Shown here piece after piece: positions 1 to 12,659 of a stretch of DNA of 64,000 bases. The translations under genes and the position numbers were made by a program. The notes beneath the pieces were generated by a model. The model worked only from the letters and a program-made list of their open reading frames with translations, was not told the origin of the DNA and did no database searches. The DNA comes from Phoronis australis (Eukaryota > Animalia > Phoronida), in the NCBI GenBank assembly GCA_002633005.1, contig NMRA01000754.1, positions 102,648 to 166,647 of the forward strand, given 5' to 3'. Every line of letters begins with the position of its first letter. Position 1 is the stretch's first letter.

Positions 1-556
1 GCAACACGCATTGGAACATTCAGTAGACTAAGTTTGACAATGTCTACAGTCCCAGCCTAGAGTTGTGCCGCCATGTCAGTAAAATTTGTTGGTCTATGTC
101 TACCGCAACCACCACAGAAACCTTGGATTTCCACAATAACAGAAAGTCTAATGAAACTCATGGAATTGGTCTTCACTTATGGAATTACGAGTTTCTATCG
201 GTTATCACATATTTCAGTAGTAAATACCAGAGATTCTCAAACACAGATATATATGAGAAAATAAAATTGTAGCAAAAAAGTAGTTTTAAGATAATTATTT
301 TACATGTGTACATGTAAAATTTTCCTCAGCAACATCAACTTTAAGTTTACCTGAACAATATGGCTGCCACACTCGTGAACATAGTTCCTCGCTTATAGAC
401 ATGGCTCACAGACCCGATCAGCACAGTTCACCGACTCACAACATGGAGTCCGTGCACCATGTTGATAGGTCAGGAACGTAAGTTTTGTCTTGTGAGTCTT
501 GCTTGAGCAAGTTATTCTTTGGATGTTAATGTTTTACATCTCATTCTTAAGTGCTT

Positions 557-840
557 TTATAAGGGGGTAGTGTTGACACCGTTCTCATTAACACTTTCAC
601 GCGAGGCTGCAGTAACCTTGTCAGGATTCTCTCCTGGGTCCCCTGGTTTGTACAATAACCATGCTACCAGACCAAGTCCAAAAGACAGCACTTTCACTAA
701 AACAGTAACGAGCCCCATTTTCCACGCTAAGCTATCAATGCCATAATACAGGCAAGACGTCTGTTGTCCGCACTTCTCGCCCCAAACGATGCAGGCTGTG
801 TCAAATATGTAGCCGACAACAATGGGTCCGGGTATGGTAC
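557..840 (-). CDS. SLCO4A1: SLCO4-like coding exon 12 (last; GTIPGPIVVGYIFDTACIVWGEKCGQQTSCLYY...VNTTPL*)
   Basis: Acceptor ttacag at 841-846, open frame to TAA at 557-559; typical OATP TM11-12 sequence. Confidence 0.92.
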
Positions 841-3800
841 CTGTAACAACATGGTTGCAAATGGATCAGATAGACAACCTTAGATTTCATTTGGGGATAA
901 TTCCATTCAGCAACTAGATATAAAAATGTGCAGTGAAGAGGATCACTTTTCTTAATAGTAAAAATACAAGGTCAAGGTCAATACAAACTTACAACAGCAT
1001 TAAATTATTAGGCTCAATGTAAACCTTCAAATAACACAATCAGATGTCTGTGGCAATAGACATGTCTTCCACCAGGAATTGTTTTACTGGGGTGAGGACT
1101 AATTTGCCTGTGAAAAAATTAACGGGAAGTGCATTTCAACTTTACACTCTCCATCCATAATCTCACCTCTCACAACTTGCATTGAGCAAATGACACAATA
1201 TAAATGTGCACACCAAATACAAAATAGTTTTTGATAAGCACCATCAAAAGAAGCCTTGATGCATTCATCTGCACATGGAGGACTGTAAGCCTTACTGGTG
1301 ACTAATACATTAAGTCCTACCTAAAACCCGTGCTGTCACCCATCCACACCCAGTTGCTAGAGACCTCTGTGGGTAGGGTACGCACCTACAAAATGCATAT
1401 TATTACCAGCGACAGCCATGTTACAGAAGGGCAACATGACTTATGATAAGTATAACAAGTCTAGTCGCAGCTCCGACAGTCGCAAGCCCGTTACTGCAAA
1501 CGCGATGCTGTGTCTTGGAAAAGCTACAACATGGCGACAGACCTTATGTTGATATTTTATCATATTCATACTTAATGACTGCCTACACACGCCTCAATAA
1601 TGAACTGTCTGAAGTTAAAATTAAAGTTACGACTGTCTTGGCTAAGACTGGACTTCCAACCTTTGATAAAACAGGCCCATGGTCTTCCTAAGTAATGAGT
1701 TTGTCAGAGCTACTTACAGTATAGGTCAGCCACCCTTCGAAAATGTGGCAATTGTTAAAGGTCAATTTGGCAAGATTAACCATATACCACACAGCTTCTG
1801 CTTTCAGAATATGTTATTCATAAGTTCTTTACACATCATTTTAAGCGTTGGTAAAAAGTACAAACAATAAAAATGCAACAATTAACAATAACGGGAAGAA
1901 TATAAATATTCTTGATAAATCAAATTTCATGAAAATCCAAGAAATTTGCACGAGACCGTAGGAAACAAATTTAAAATAAAATAGCCAGAGTTAGGCACAA
2001 CAATGGTCAGATTTGATAGAAATCATCGTCTGTGGATGGCCAACTTAACAGGAACATTGGCCAAATCCTGCAAGGGTCTTCAGGAGAAACCACTGCAAAC
2101 GAAGGGCAAATTGCACGTTCATTGTGTACACATGTTTAAAGTGACGTTGTACAGACCTTAGAATGACCTGAATCTGCGGCGTGGCTACCATAAACATAAG
2201 GAAAACGAAGAGGAAGAGCATGACCATGAAGGCAGGCATGAGGTTACATGAGGTCACACACTTGCCAGTAGTGGCCTGAACTGTAGAGTTAGCCAGACAC
2301 GAACAGTTGGTGTAGATCTGGGAAAGAGAAGGCAACGTGGGCTGTGTGAATAAGGGTGAGATCGTGCAAGTCTGCCAGATATCACCATGAACCTTTTTAC
2401 AGATAAAGTGAGATGTAACATGAAAAATAGATTGTGGAAAGTCATTTAGCATTAAAGCAAAATGAAACAAGAGAATGTGCACATTTCCAGTCAGCCCTGG
2501 GACGGCGAGAATGTAATGTATTTTGCAAATCCGAGTCTGCTCAGGTGCATGCATGCAGCAATTTGTTATCTTCAAATCACTCAATGCATTACAACCAAAG
2601 GACTTAAACTCACCAACTTTCACTCAAATCTTGTGCCAAGCAACAGGCACTGCAATCTTCTGAAGGTTCGTTTGGAAAATTTCAAAAAACCGAAAGTTAG
2701 AGAACGGCATGTTATTAACCGCTGAATAGACATTAATTTCAGTTGCAACTTAGCAAGAACAGTGACACAATCCACAATGCTTTTCAAATGGCACGTAATA
2801 GGCCATTAAAAATAAATTTACCCATCGTCCAACCTGAGAAGTGTACACACCTTTGAATTCTGAGTAGTGGAACATCCAGCATGACATGGTGAAAAGTACA
2901 TGATATCACCAGCACATACTGGTTGATATATCTCCGCACTACAGTCACAGGCAGTGTTGCATGTTGAGGATAAGTTGAGCATGGAATGACTTGTATTACT
3001 GTAAAGAATGAATGATGTTGTATCACCACCACACAATGGCAGGTATAGGAATAGGTGGAATAAGATTTCATGGGGTTCCAATCATGATTTTTTTTCGAAA
3101 GGAAAAAAATTCGCTGAGGCCCCACGAATGGAATGCCCACGGTTTTTTAGTAATGCTCCAGGCCCCTTAAATCCACCTATGGTTATAGGTCTCTGGATTA
3201 CCTTGTTACCGCAAACACAGTGCAAATACCGGTAGCACTTCCGTAAGCTCAGAAATCATTTACAACCTAAGATTTCCAACCTGGTACAATCTGATATCAA
3301 CCTTAGTGGTCAAATTCAGGGCTTTTTAGTGCTGTAGTGGGACATAGGCGCACGTAGGCACAGCCAACCCCCTTTTGGCATTTGAACGTAGCGCCTACAC
3401 ACCGTAAGTAACGTTATAGTAGGGCGTAGGTGCACGTCGGCACATTATGCATTAAGACTTTTCCATGCAGTACAGCTGAATGTGAATGAGGATTCGGCGA
3501 AAGGAATCAGATGGCCAACAGACAATCAAAGGGCCACTGACGACAAACCACATGGGCGACTAAAAACACTGCCCGTATACATTTTTTGGGCATTACACAC
3601 CTAAATTTTCCTTTATAATTGTGTTTGGACCCCCTTCAAAGGCCGCTTGGAATGCACACGGACCTTTGGCTTCCTATATGTGTGGTTGGGCCCCCTTTCT
3701 GTGACATCCTAGATTCGCCACTGCAGACTCGAAGTGAAATACCCACTCGTGAGTTAAAAATAGGCCTACATGATTTTGAGAATTCAGCGCACTTTTAAAA

Positions 3801-6800
3801 TTCAGTGCTCAAGGTGATATGGTGGGCTTCGGGTGCCTAGTACTTACCTCTAATTTTACCACTGACTACTATACAGCACTGGGGCTTTTTTTGACAGCGT
3901 TTGATATTATAATCACTCCCGGTGGGCAAATAATGGCTTTAAACATGGGCTTGTAAGTGACTGCTCAGGGAAATTACCAACAGGAGACAATGACACGTGA
4001 GATTTTAAAATGTGAGACATGGTTGTCACAGCTTGGCACACAACTTGAATCTCAATCAAAAAATATTGTGACAATGAGTAGATAATTGAGCTAATGATCA
4101 ATAAAATACAATAAAATGAAGAATTTTAAATAAAATTCATCACAGTATTTTATTGTCACACTTTTGTCTAATAAGGTAGTTTGAATTTTTGACAGTGACA
4201 ACAGTTGCCAATATAGGTCCTGCCCTATTTAAAATCCAGGAACATTTTTGGAGGTATTAGATGATTCAAATACTTGTCCTATTAGTTCCTTTGGTCATGC
4301 ACACAAGTCACACCTCCCCATTGTGTTGTCCTTATTACTGATATCCATCTCCCTTGCCTAATTCCAAAACAAAAGAAGCCAGTCATTTAACTCCAGGCAT
4401 TGTAAAATGCAGCTATTGGAATCGGGTTAACCTGGGAAATACAAGTCATTCAACTTGGCCGTTGGATGACGTAGTACATGTAGCTAATGGGAAAAAATTG
4501 TCCACTCCCCCCTCCCCTCCCCTGGTGCTTGTGCCTTATAAAAGAGAATATTATGGGATGAGACGAAAATTTTACCACCCGATCACCGTAAATAGCTGAC
4601 TCCCACTCTATTGCACGCCCACAAAGGCTCTGCCGCAAATAGTCAAAACTAATGTTAACTTTGTACTCTTTCAAATTGAAACCTGTGTGAGTTACAAATG
4701 ATTCAAACCTCGTGAGGAATTTTTCAATCACTTGTCTTAATGAGGGAAATCGCATGATTTTTCAATATTCTTCTCAACCTGTTTTAATTCATGATGTTAC
4801 ATATATTTCATTGTTGTTTTATTACTTCATTGTATTATATTACTGTTTTTCTTGTTGAGGGCCCTCTTGGAAAGCAGTGCTATCACTGAAGAGGCCTCCC
4901 TCATTTTAAATATCACAATAATAAATAATACATAAATAAAAATGAGGCTGATATTCGGCACCCAAAATTGAGGGATTGAGGGCCCTACAATCACAACTTA
5001 CCCTGTCAAATAGTCGACTGTCACCCCAGCATACTGTGCATTGTCACATCCCATGATGAGAAAGAGAGACGAACCGACCAGCAGTGCCACTCCCAGACAT
5101 ATACTACAGTACCTGAGCATCTGACCACAGTCCATGTTCAACTTGTGCATGATAATCCCACTCAGAAGTGCCCCCCCGGTAGCAGCTGTAACCACTATGG
5201 CACCTGAAGATGAATCAATTAACCATGGCAGGTGTACTGTGAGACATGTCAGACATTTAGACCACACCCATAAAAGCAGTCTAATCATGGAACACTTAGT
5301 CTGAGTGACGTATGTCAGACATAAAGTGGAACTTGCACGCTATTTCTTCATCTCTGTGATTGCTTGGTCAAATTAGTTAGAAACACAACATATAGCGATG
5401 ATGTGAATATGAAGTAGGTTGAAAATTGCCAAATGTTTCTAAGAACGAGTTTCGTGTCGAAAATGAACTACCAGAAATCACTCAATCGTGTCCAGTATGT
5501 ATAGTGACATGGTGTTGTCGACCAACAACACTGCATGATGAGGGCCATATGAGCCCCTAACTTATGTCATGAGTGCAAAGCTCACCTATTTGCAGAATTT
5601 TTGTTTACACAATTACAAGATGCCAATGAATACAACTGCACTAGTGTAGATGATGTTCAAATAGTTCCTTCTATACATTAGCATAGTTATGAGCATGCAA
5701 ATAAATCTTTAAGACCGTGTCCTTACTAATCATGGTATGGTACACAATGCGATATAGTTAGACCACGTCCACAACATGAGAACTTCACGATACTTTGAAT
5801 TCATTCCGCTGCCGACTGCTTAACAGCGGCAAAAATCTTTCCAATTCCAAAAATGGAGCACTGACGTAGATATACTGTCGTTAGAAAATAAAATGGAAAC
5901 CAAAAATGTTGCAGTTCATGCTTTCATTAATAACTGCCAACAAATTGAAAACCACTAAAAATTCAGCAATGACGGTGTAAAAACCAAAGAAATAGTCCTG
6001 AATTGACAATTTTTTGCAAAATCTCAAATTAAAAACAGGTAGACAAAGAGCATTGTGGGTTAAGAAAAACGCGAGCACCAAACAATGTGTACCTGAGTAC
6101 GTGGACGATGCCGAAGCGCTTACGCTGAAGACACTTTCCAACAATTTTGGTAAGAACGAAGCATAAGCTCCCATTAAAAATCCCTCCATACTGTCGCTGA
6201 GAATGCACATAACATATGTTTTATTAGACAGCAGGTTTTTTAAAGCCAGTGGTAAGTCTTTGACAGTCTTTCCAAAGTTTTTCTGCAAAACTTTAGCATC
6301 GCTACCAATTTGAGCCTCATTAGTTCGTGCTTCTCGGTAACTCGCTGTGTCTGCAATCAAGCATACAACAATGTAAAGAAAAAATTGCAAATCCAATTCA
6401 ACGTTTTTTGCAAAACTTTAGCATTGGTACCAATCTGAGCCTCATTAGTACGTAGTTCTAAGTAACTCACTGTATCTGCAATCAAGCATACAATAATGTA
6501 AGAAAAAAATCACAAATCCATTTCAAAGTTTTTTAAAACAGCTTTGTTAAAATGGCTCTAAACCTACATTGCATCAAAAAAGTGAACTTTCGATTGAAAC
6601 CACTTACCACAGTGACTATAACAATTTTCAACTCGTTCGTTACTCAAGTGAAGTGATTTCTTCTAAATGGGCTTGCCAAGAACTGCATGACAATTTGTTC
6701 TTCCTCGAGACAATGCAATGCGAATAAAATGACGCCGCCCATGACAAGCCAACTTACAGAGCATGAGCAATGACAAAATGACAGTTCTTTCGAAGCACTG

Positions 6801-9800
6801 AAATCCCCTCTAATTTAAGTAATTATTTGACACCAATAATTAGTTACTGTACAGTAAGTGCTCTAAATAACAGGTTGACCTTCTATAAAAGGTGGATTTA
6901 TACATGCTTAAAGCATTGGTGAAATTAAAAATGACTGAGCATTAAGAGGAAATAGAAAAACAATCAGAATTATGAGGTAAGAGCGACAATGCAATGGTTG
7001 GTCAAGTATAGAGTTCACACAAATACAGCATTAACAAGGAGAGGGACAGCTCTGACAAAGTGTGGTGCATGTGAATACTCATCAGCTGTCTCATGATAGC
7101 CACCTGATGATCAGCTCAGAAATACAATAAAAGATCTGCTTTGATTCGTATAGCGAAAAAATTAAATTCTGAATGATTAACTTGTGTCTGGGTTCTGCTG
7201 GGGCAATGTGACCATGTGTAATGCATAAGATCAAATTTCTGCCTTTAGTCACTTTTCAGGAAACACACCCCCCGAGGACAACACAAAACAGAACAAGTAT
7301 TCAACAAGCTCACTGGGAAGTTGCCTTGCATATCCACTGAGTGGTATGGCAATGATCAACGCCAGGATGCCACAGATAACCAGTCCTAACCACCATGCAC
7401 CATACCAGCGGGGGTCCTCAGCACTCAAGTTTACACTAGAAAAAAGCAATAAAAGCAAACAGATGAAAAGATCAACTATATTGTTGATGTGACCACATAT
7501 TGCGGTGCAAACTGAAGCCAACAGGATTTTTTCATGCATCGATCTGTGCAAATAAACACAGATTAACAAGCAGTTTAAGGTTCTGGCTGAGAAGATAAGT
7601 GCTTTATTACATCCCATGGATTCTGAATAATCCAGCCCGGAATGTATTGAAACTCCACTTAAAATGGATGGAGTAACATCACTGACAGTATGAACAAAGA
7701 GTGGAGTTTAGCATTAATTAATGAAAAATTTGGATGATCATCCCAGAAATGTCAAGCCCTACTGTCCTTGTGTCCAACAAGACAAGTGATTGACTATTAC
7801 TTCATACCTAGCCATGTCTATTGCCCCTATATCTCCATACACTGTTAGAATCTGTCCAGTGCTCAGGTATCCAGCCGCAGGTCCAAGGATAGAAAAACAA
7901 TAAAGTAATGCTAAAATGAAGGAAACAGCAGAGCATAAGGCAAAGTCAAAATAAACAAAACAGCAACACATAATTGACAAACTTCATTAAATGATGCAAA
8001 ACCAAAATGAGAATTGCAGCAGGAGGGGAATTGTTTTGACATAGCACTGCTGCACACTAGAGTTCCATCATGAGCAAACTGACACATGAGGAAGCATGAT
8101 GAGTAAATTACAAACCATTGCTGCAAAAACGAGCACAACTACTAAGCCAGTTCCAACAAAAATCAACAACGCTGTCTGTGGGTAAAGATATTAATTATTA
8201 TTAAGCATAAACAGTCAGTAAATATGAAGATTTCTAACTCACAGGTATAAAGAGCAGAGCTGCTCTGCTTGACATTCTCATCAAGATAAACAAAGGTGAG
8301 GGTAAACATGGGTGACGCCCCAAAGCCATGGAGTAGTTGAGCCACTAGGAACCACCAAAAATAGTTGGAGAGGCTATTAGACTTCTGGCAGTCCATGTTA
8401 CTTGTTGCGTTTCTATCTGAAAATCACAGACAGTTTATGTTGGCAGTGAAATTATACAGGTACAATACTTTCATTACAAACTCTCTATCTTCTAGGGTAT
8501 TAAAAGCTAGATGCATTATCATTGACCTAGTTTGAGCACCAACACACTTCTGAGCTGGGTTGAACACGTAAAGAAAGATATGAGTGTTGCGTCAATTCAT
8601 CGCGCATATTACAAAACTTTAGTAGCATTTCTAGTGCAAGTGACCCCAAATACATTTAGAAATTGTTGCACAATTTGGTCACTTGCACTAAAAATTATGC
8701 ATGGTAAGAGGGCTTGAGTGTGGTTATAAGTTCAGGGTCCGTGGTAATGGTTTTTGTTTGTGTTATTAGTTAGATTATCCAGAAAAGGTAAGAGTTGGTT
8801 TTCATCCCGACTCAATTAGCAGGTCAAAGGTGAATCGGAAACACATGGTCTTGGGCAACAGCTTTTCTGTTCTAGCCATGTTTTAATGATTCGATCACAG
8901 GAATTTTCCCATAGACGGTAAAGTAGATAAGTGACCCAACTTTGCTGCTTCAGATTTCCCCCAGCGGATGAGCTTTGCCAGTTCAGGTGTTGGGGAGAAG
9001 ATGTTTTCAGACAATGTATTGGGCATGCATTAAAAAACAGAGGAAAGTTCTGATATCCAAAGCCAGTATTTTCGCAGACATAACATTGAGTGGTCTGGTC
9101 ACTGCCATGTTATCTTTACGATCGGAAAGTTCAAATTTGTCAGAGAAAATACTGCACTGAAGGTCCCTACCTGAGTGGAAAATGTGTGACAAATAGGGGA
9201 ATTGGTATAAGCTCAAAACTAATTAAGATAAAATGCGGGCCTGCGTGACTTCAAAATATGACTATTTCAAATCACTGATATCTCTTCAAAACACCTAGTA
9301 TCCAGATGCAGCAGTCTGGCCAGCAATAAAGGTAGTCACTATAACAAGGAAAACAGGAAACGATTTTATAATTTATACACCCAAAATTTGCACATGTATT
9401 GAATTTGCAACCATAACAACTAAATGGTGCCACAGTCGCAAAACCATGCTCAAATTTGAACACTGCCATAAAAATACAATGTATTTAATCAGAACATACA
9501 GATTTATGTGAAAGAGGGCTGGACAAGGGAACAAATCAACAAGCTCTCTGAGTCAAATGGCTACTCTGCCAACGCCTTACCTGGCACACATTTTGAGTCA
9601 ATCTTCGAGTCATACTCGTAGAGTCCTGTAGTAAACTGCGGCAAGGCGAAGAAAAGTGATCCAACACCCATGATGGCGCAGCCAGCAGCTGGAAGGTAAA
9701 TTAATACTGTCAAATAGTAAGAGTGAACAGGTGAAACCCCTTTTGCAGTGATTTATGTGAAATGATGAATTATGACTTTCTTATTAACTGTAAAAAGTTA

Positions 9801-12659
9801 AGAAAACAGTATCAGACATTGAGTCTGTCTAGTGAACAATAGTATTCTCTACATGTAACCTTATGTACAGGAAAATGTTTTGAAACATGAAGAAAAATAA
9901 ATAACACCATTTTTCAGCTCATACAGTACTCAAAACATTGAAGATTTTTTACTGCGTTTTATTTGATGGAAACTAACTGTGCTAATAATAGAATAGGTTT
10001 TATGCATTTTTGTTGGGAAATTTGACAATACTTCACTGTGTTTTAAGACAGTTAACACTTAGTACTGAAAACTCAAAGATTACAGAGGTTTAAATCCTTT
10101 AATATGCCAGAATGATTTTAAAAAATGCTCACATACTTAACGTCATTAAAATTCAAATGTCCATTTTAACACATCTCCTTACCTATCCAGCGCCCTTTGT
10201 GACCCTGTCCACCTTTGTAAGTGACCAACACTAAGACTAATACCACACCAACATCATAAAATGCACTGATTAACCCCGTCTGGGTACTGGACAAACCAAA
10301 TCTCTTCTCTAACATGGATAGAGAGCCAGAAACCATTCCATTAATAGCAGCCCCTGCAACAGAGAACCAGGGCAACTTCAATCAAATATGCCGCACGGCC
10401 CAGACACCAAGAAAGAACTAAAGGCCGAAACTAAAATTACAATAAATGCTGTCAACTCCTACATATTTCACATATTTTGGCCCTAACACAATTTCACAGA
10501 AAGGTTCACATTGAAAATCTCTTGCCTCACCTAGTACTTCGTACATGGTCATTTTTGCAATCAAGGCCCATGTGGGATATCTCATGCTGTTGCGAACATG
10601 AGGTGAAAGGAGTGACTGGCCAGTGTCCTGTGTGACCCACAGGCATTTGCTCAGAAGAGCGTTCTAACTACCGTATAAACTGGACATTCCCTTTAAGCGA
10701 GATAAGGATTGATTTGGTGATGTCTTTTGAATTTCTCCAAGTCAGGTGGTCAGCCTGACCACTTCCATCCATATTCCAGTTTCACTCTAGAGGATGGTCA
10801 TCAGTAGAGCCTGGGGCTATATTCATTAGCTTACGTAAATGCCGTTTACAATACAAAAGTTGACACGAATCAGCTGACATGGAACGAGATGTTCTAGCGC
10901 GAGTATGTGTATAAACGGGACTGACACGGAGCAAATTGACACCGGGGTGACAACATTTGCCACCCGTTTGTGAGGTAGAGCAATTTGCGCTTGATCATCT
11001 TGCTCCATGTCTATTATATGTCTAAACGTGAAACTGGGGCAAGGTAGAAAGGATCATCTCTACTGCGCTTGTGCAATGACCTACATACTGGTTCTCTGCC
11101 TGCAACTCCCATCATTTGTAAACCTGCGCATGAGCGTTCCCTTCTCCAGCCTACAACTTCCGCCACAGTTAGTGAGTTATGTGTGAAATCAGCCACTTGA
11201 CACCGATCAATCTGCTACGTGTTAGTTGCCCCTGGCCATAAGTTGATGTCAAACAGGACTACAGTGAAGTAGCTTTTGCTTAACAGATTGTGTCTGAAAG
11301 CAGCCAGGCTCTCTTTTTCCTTTTTCGTGAGGAGGGGACATGAAAACCAATGGAAGCCATAAAATATTGGAGGAGTGAAAATTCAGTTTAGTGTCTGGTT
11401 TCTTGAATTTTCAAAAATTGGTCATGCAATAGCAAGTTTGTCTACAAAACTGCAACAGCCTTGCTATTGGTTAGAAAGGAGTTTGCAGCATGGCTTATCA
11501 GCTAATTATACGCATCACTGCAGACTCACAACAGAAAGTGAGGCTGAAAGAATGTGGATAAACCAGTTATTGTGCTGAAGGAATCTCGTTTAAAGGCAGC
11601 TTTCATCGATACTAATGTTGAGGCCTCCATGTTTTGGGGAATTGCAGTTATGGTACATGAACGCTTAACATCGGTCCTGGATCGAAGTTAACAGCGCCAC
11701 TGAGTTAACTTAGCACTAAACAGATGGATTTAAGAGCGGAGCGTCGATGCTGTGGTGCTGTGTGATGCAGTCACCTTCGGTCCCATTGAAGTTATCGCCA
11801 GGTTCCACTGTTATCGTCAACAATTAAAGGGTATAAGTGTCGTCGCTAATAGTTGCTTATATTTTGATCGAATAATCACCCATTGAATTAAAAATAAATT
11901 TTATGTCAATTAGCACATGTGTATGAACATGTTCCCAAATTGTCATATTAAAAAAATCTTAGCATGCAGCGCTATCTTGCGATTACTTCGATTGCCACAG
12001 CGTCACCTACCCTTTACTTCGAAGTCCGTTAACTACTGAAGCCAGTATGAAAGGTATAGTTAACATCGCAGTTTACATCGACGCTCCGTGCAGAGTTAAG
12101 TCAGTACGAAAAGGCCTTAAAGGACATGTTCACCACATGGTAAATAAATGCTTAATCATTATGAAAAAAAACATTGGCAACCCATAGGCAACAGTTCATT
12201 AAATTTGCACACTGGACAGTTGGTGCTGCATGGTTACTCAGTTAACTTCACGCACCCATTATTAAGTAAACCAAGAAGTCTACGTATTCACCTATTTCAC
12301 ATACCCGGACTACCAGATCATATCTAACTTAATTTGTGCCAAGTAAGTGGAAAATTACTGTGCAAAGTTTGATTATCCCTGTCCACCATTACATGATTGG
12401 GTATGTCGTAGACAGACCAATTACCTTGCACGACAATCATCGCACACAAAAAGCCGAGTAGCCATCTTGAGTTATGAATAACCTGTAGAAATGACGGTGT
12501 GAATTTGAACCAGCCATACTTGGGCTCCCCCACGTGGCTACCCTTGACACCATACTGGACATCCACATGATTGGAGCAATGGCCACCATCAGAGTTGTCT
12601 TGGTGAGGATGAGAGTTTTTCTGGAGATCAGTCATGACGGACCTTAAAAGCATAACCAT
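557..12659 (-). CDS. SLCO4A1: Solute carrier organic anion transporter (OATP, SLCO4A1/SLCO4C1-like); 12 coding exons, 2031 nt, 676 aa
   Basis: Hand-spliced exons 12425-12659, 10183-10353, 9581-9688, 8243-8416, 7808-7910, 7314-7435, 6093-6350, 5002-5203, 2851-2998, 2157-2317, 1321-1385, 557-840 join in frame via GT-AG introns. The product has the OATP signature DPRWYGAWWLG, a Kazal-like extracellular loop (CNTACDC...YQPVC...YFSPCHAGC...YTNCSC), GTIPGPIVVGYIFDTAC, and an SLCO4-type N-terminus (YGWFKFTPSFLQ...GHKGRW). The subfamily call is from recalled similarity; the symbol means '-like'. Confidence 0.93.
1321..1385 (-). CDS. SLCO4A1: SLCO4-like coding exon 11 (65 nt; CVPYPQRSLATGCGWVTARVL)
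   Basis: ttgtag acceptor and gtagg donor, phase 2 to phase 1; matches the OATP RCV...RSLA...R.LG motif. Confidence 0.9.
2157..2317 (-). CDS. SLCO4A1: SLCO4-like coding exon 10 (IYTNCSC...TPQIQVILR)
   Basis: tcccag acceptor and gtctg donor; lies inside ORF 2045-2623. Confidence 0.9.
2851..2998 (-). CDS. SLCO4A1: SLCO4-like coding exon 9 (Kazal-like domain)
   Basis: ttacag acceptor and gtgtg donor; encodes CNTACDCSAEIYQPVCAGDIMYFSPCHAGC. Confidence 0.92.
4790..4940 (+). mobile_element. Probable LINE (CR1/L2-type) or SINE 3' tail
   Basis: Stem-loop gagggccctctt...cagtg..cactg..aagaggcctccctc followed by an (AATA)n-like tail. Confidence 0.4.
5002..5203 (-). CDS. SLCO4A1: SLCO4-like coding exon 8
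   Basis: cttcag acceptor and gtaag donor; encodes GAIVVTAATGGALLSG...GCDNAQYAGVTVDY. Confidence 0.92.
6093..6350 (-). CDS. SLCO4A1: SLCO4-like coding exon 7
   Basis: ttgcag acceptor and gtaca donor; encodes FGKTVKDLPLALKNLLSNKTY...FLPKLLESVF. Confidence 0.92.
6275..6535. repeat. 125-bp tandem duplication spanning the exon 7 splice acceptor
   Basis: 6280-6404 repeats at 6405-6530 (gcaaaactttagcat...ctgcaatcaagcataca...). Confidence 0.9.
7314..7435 (-). CDS. SLCO4A1: SLCO4-like coding exon 6 (OATP signature)
   Basis: ttctag acceptor and gtgag donor; encodes DPRWYGAWWLGLV. Confidence 0.94.
7808..7910 (-). CDS. SLCO4A1: SLCO4-like coding exon 5
   Basis: ttttag acceptor and gtatg donor; encodes ILGPAAGYLSTGQILTVYGD. 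Confidence 0.92.
8243..8416 (-). CDS. SLCO4A1: SLCO4-like coding exon 4
   Basis: tttcag acceptor and gtgag donor; encodes AQLLHGFGASPMFTLTFVYLDENV. Confidence 0.93.
9581..9688 (-). CDS. SLCO4A1: SLCO4-like coding exon 3 (not in the ORF track)
   Basis: ttccag acceptor and gtaag donor; encodes AGCAIMGVGSLFFALPQFTTGLYEY. Confidence 0.92.
10183..10353 (-). CDS. SLCO4A1: SLCO4-like coding exon 2
   Basis: ttgcag acceptor and gtaag donor; encodes INGMVSGSLSMLEKRFGLSSTQTGLISAFYD...GHKGRW. Confidence 0.93.
10450..11330 (-). mobile_element. Highly decayed CR1/L2-like LINE endonuclease fragment (intronic)
   Basis: Weak motif echoes only: WRRERS...GVA (cf. RxDR...GGGVA) and GQADH (cf. GxSDH). Confidence 0.25.
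12425..12659 (-). CDS. SLCO4A1: SLCO4-like first coding exon
   Basis: ATG at 12659 lies just inside an acceptor (ccacag, exon start 12663); donor gtaat; encodes YGWFKFTPSFLQ...CAMIVVQG. Nearby in-frame ATGs make the exact start uncertain. Confidence 0.85.

Noticed and set aside
8800-9220. Possible LINE reverse transcriptase remnant (ILALDI...LAKLIRWG) in an SLCO intron
   Set aside because: Motif echoes are too weak to support without an alignment.
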